DNA from: Octopus sinensis
Lineage: Eukaryota
DNA length: 64,000 nucleotides
Direction: 5' to 3'
Assembly: GCF_006345805.1 (NCBI RefSeq)
Contig: NC_042999.1
Coordinates: 86,676,001-86,740,000, forward strand
In this document: piece by piece, positions 63,881 through 64,000 of the stretch
How the letters are laid out: every line of letters starts with the position of its first letter
Position numbering within the stretch: position 1 is the first letter of the stretch
The notes under the pieces: model-generated
Database searches by the model: none
Seen by the model: only the letters and a program-made list of their open reading frames with translations
Told to the model about the DNA's origin: nothing
Made by a program: the position numbers and the translations under genes

Positions 63881-64000
63881 CATTATTGTTCCTTTTCTTT
63901 AGCTAACGCTTTATCTCAACGCCTTCTTACTATGAACCAAGATCCCCACTATCATCATTTATAACATTTATAACATAAATACACGTAATATTAGTCTAGG

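Overview
AT-rich, microsatellite-dense eukaryotic non-coding DNA. The SINE families, their internal microsatellites and the simple-repeat load look like an octopus (coleoid cephalopod) genome; this is recognition from memory, not a database result. I could not support any host protein-coding exon: the listed ORFs are microsatellite artefacts, retroelement fragments or unassignable short ORFs. The window is a layered transposon graveyard. It holds three decayed RLE-type non-LTR lineages (R4/Dong-like at 0.1-1.1 kb, a second RLE family at 17.8-19.0 kb, HERO-like RT at 63.3-63.9 kb), CR1/Jockey-like LINE 3' fragments, a full-length decayed mariner, a Tigger remnant, hAT and Tc1-like MITEs and a 133-bp solo LTR. 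It also holds canonical non-autonomous Helitrons (one exact head-to-tail dimer, one junction between two families), a Helitron helicase remnant and many tRNA-derived SINEs. The most interesting signals are RNA structures. There is one type I hammerhead ribozyme with a complete core at 52820-52862 (-). A Penelope-like remnant is bracketed by inverted ~194-bp repeats, each carrying a hammerhead with a different single core defect. Several further hammerhead-like variants and two long unexplained fold-back hairpins (14432-14647, 45931-46031) are present. All folds, alignments and identities were done by eye.
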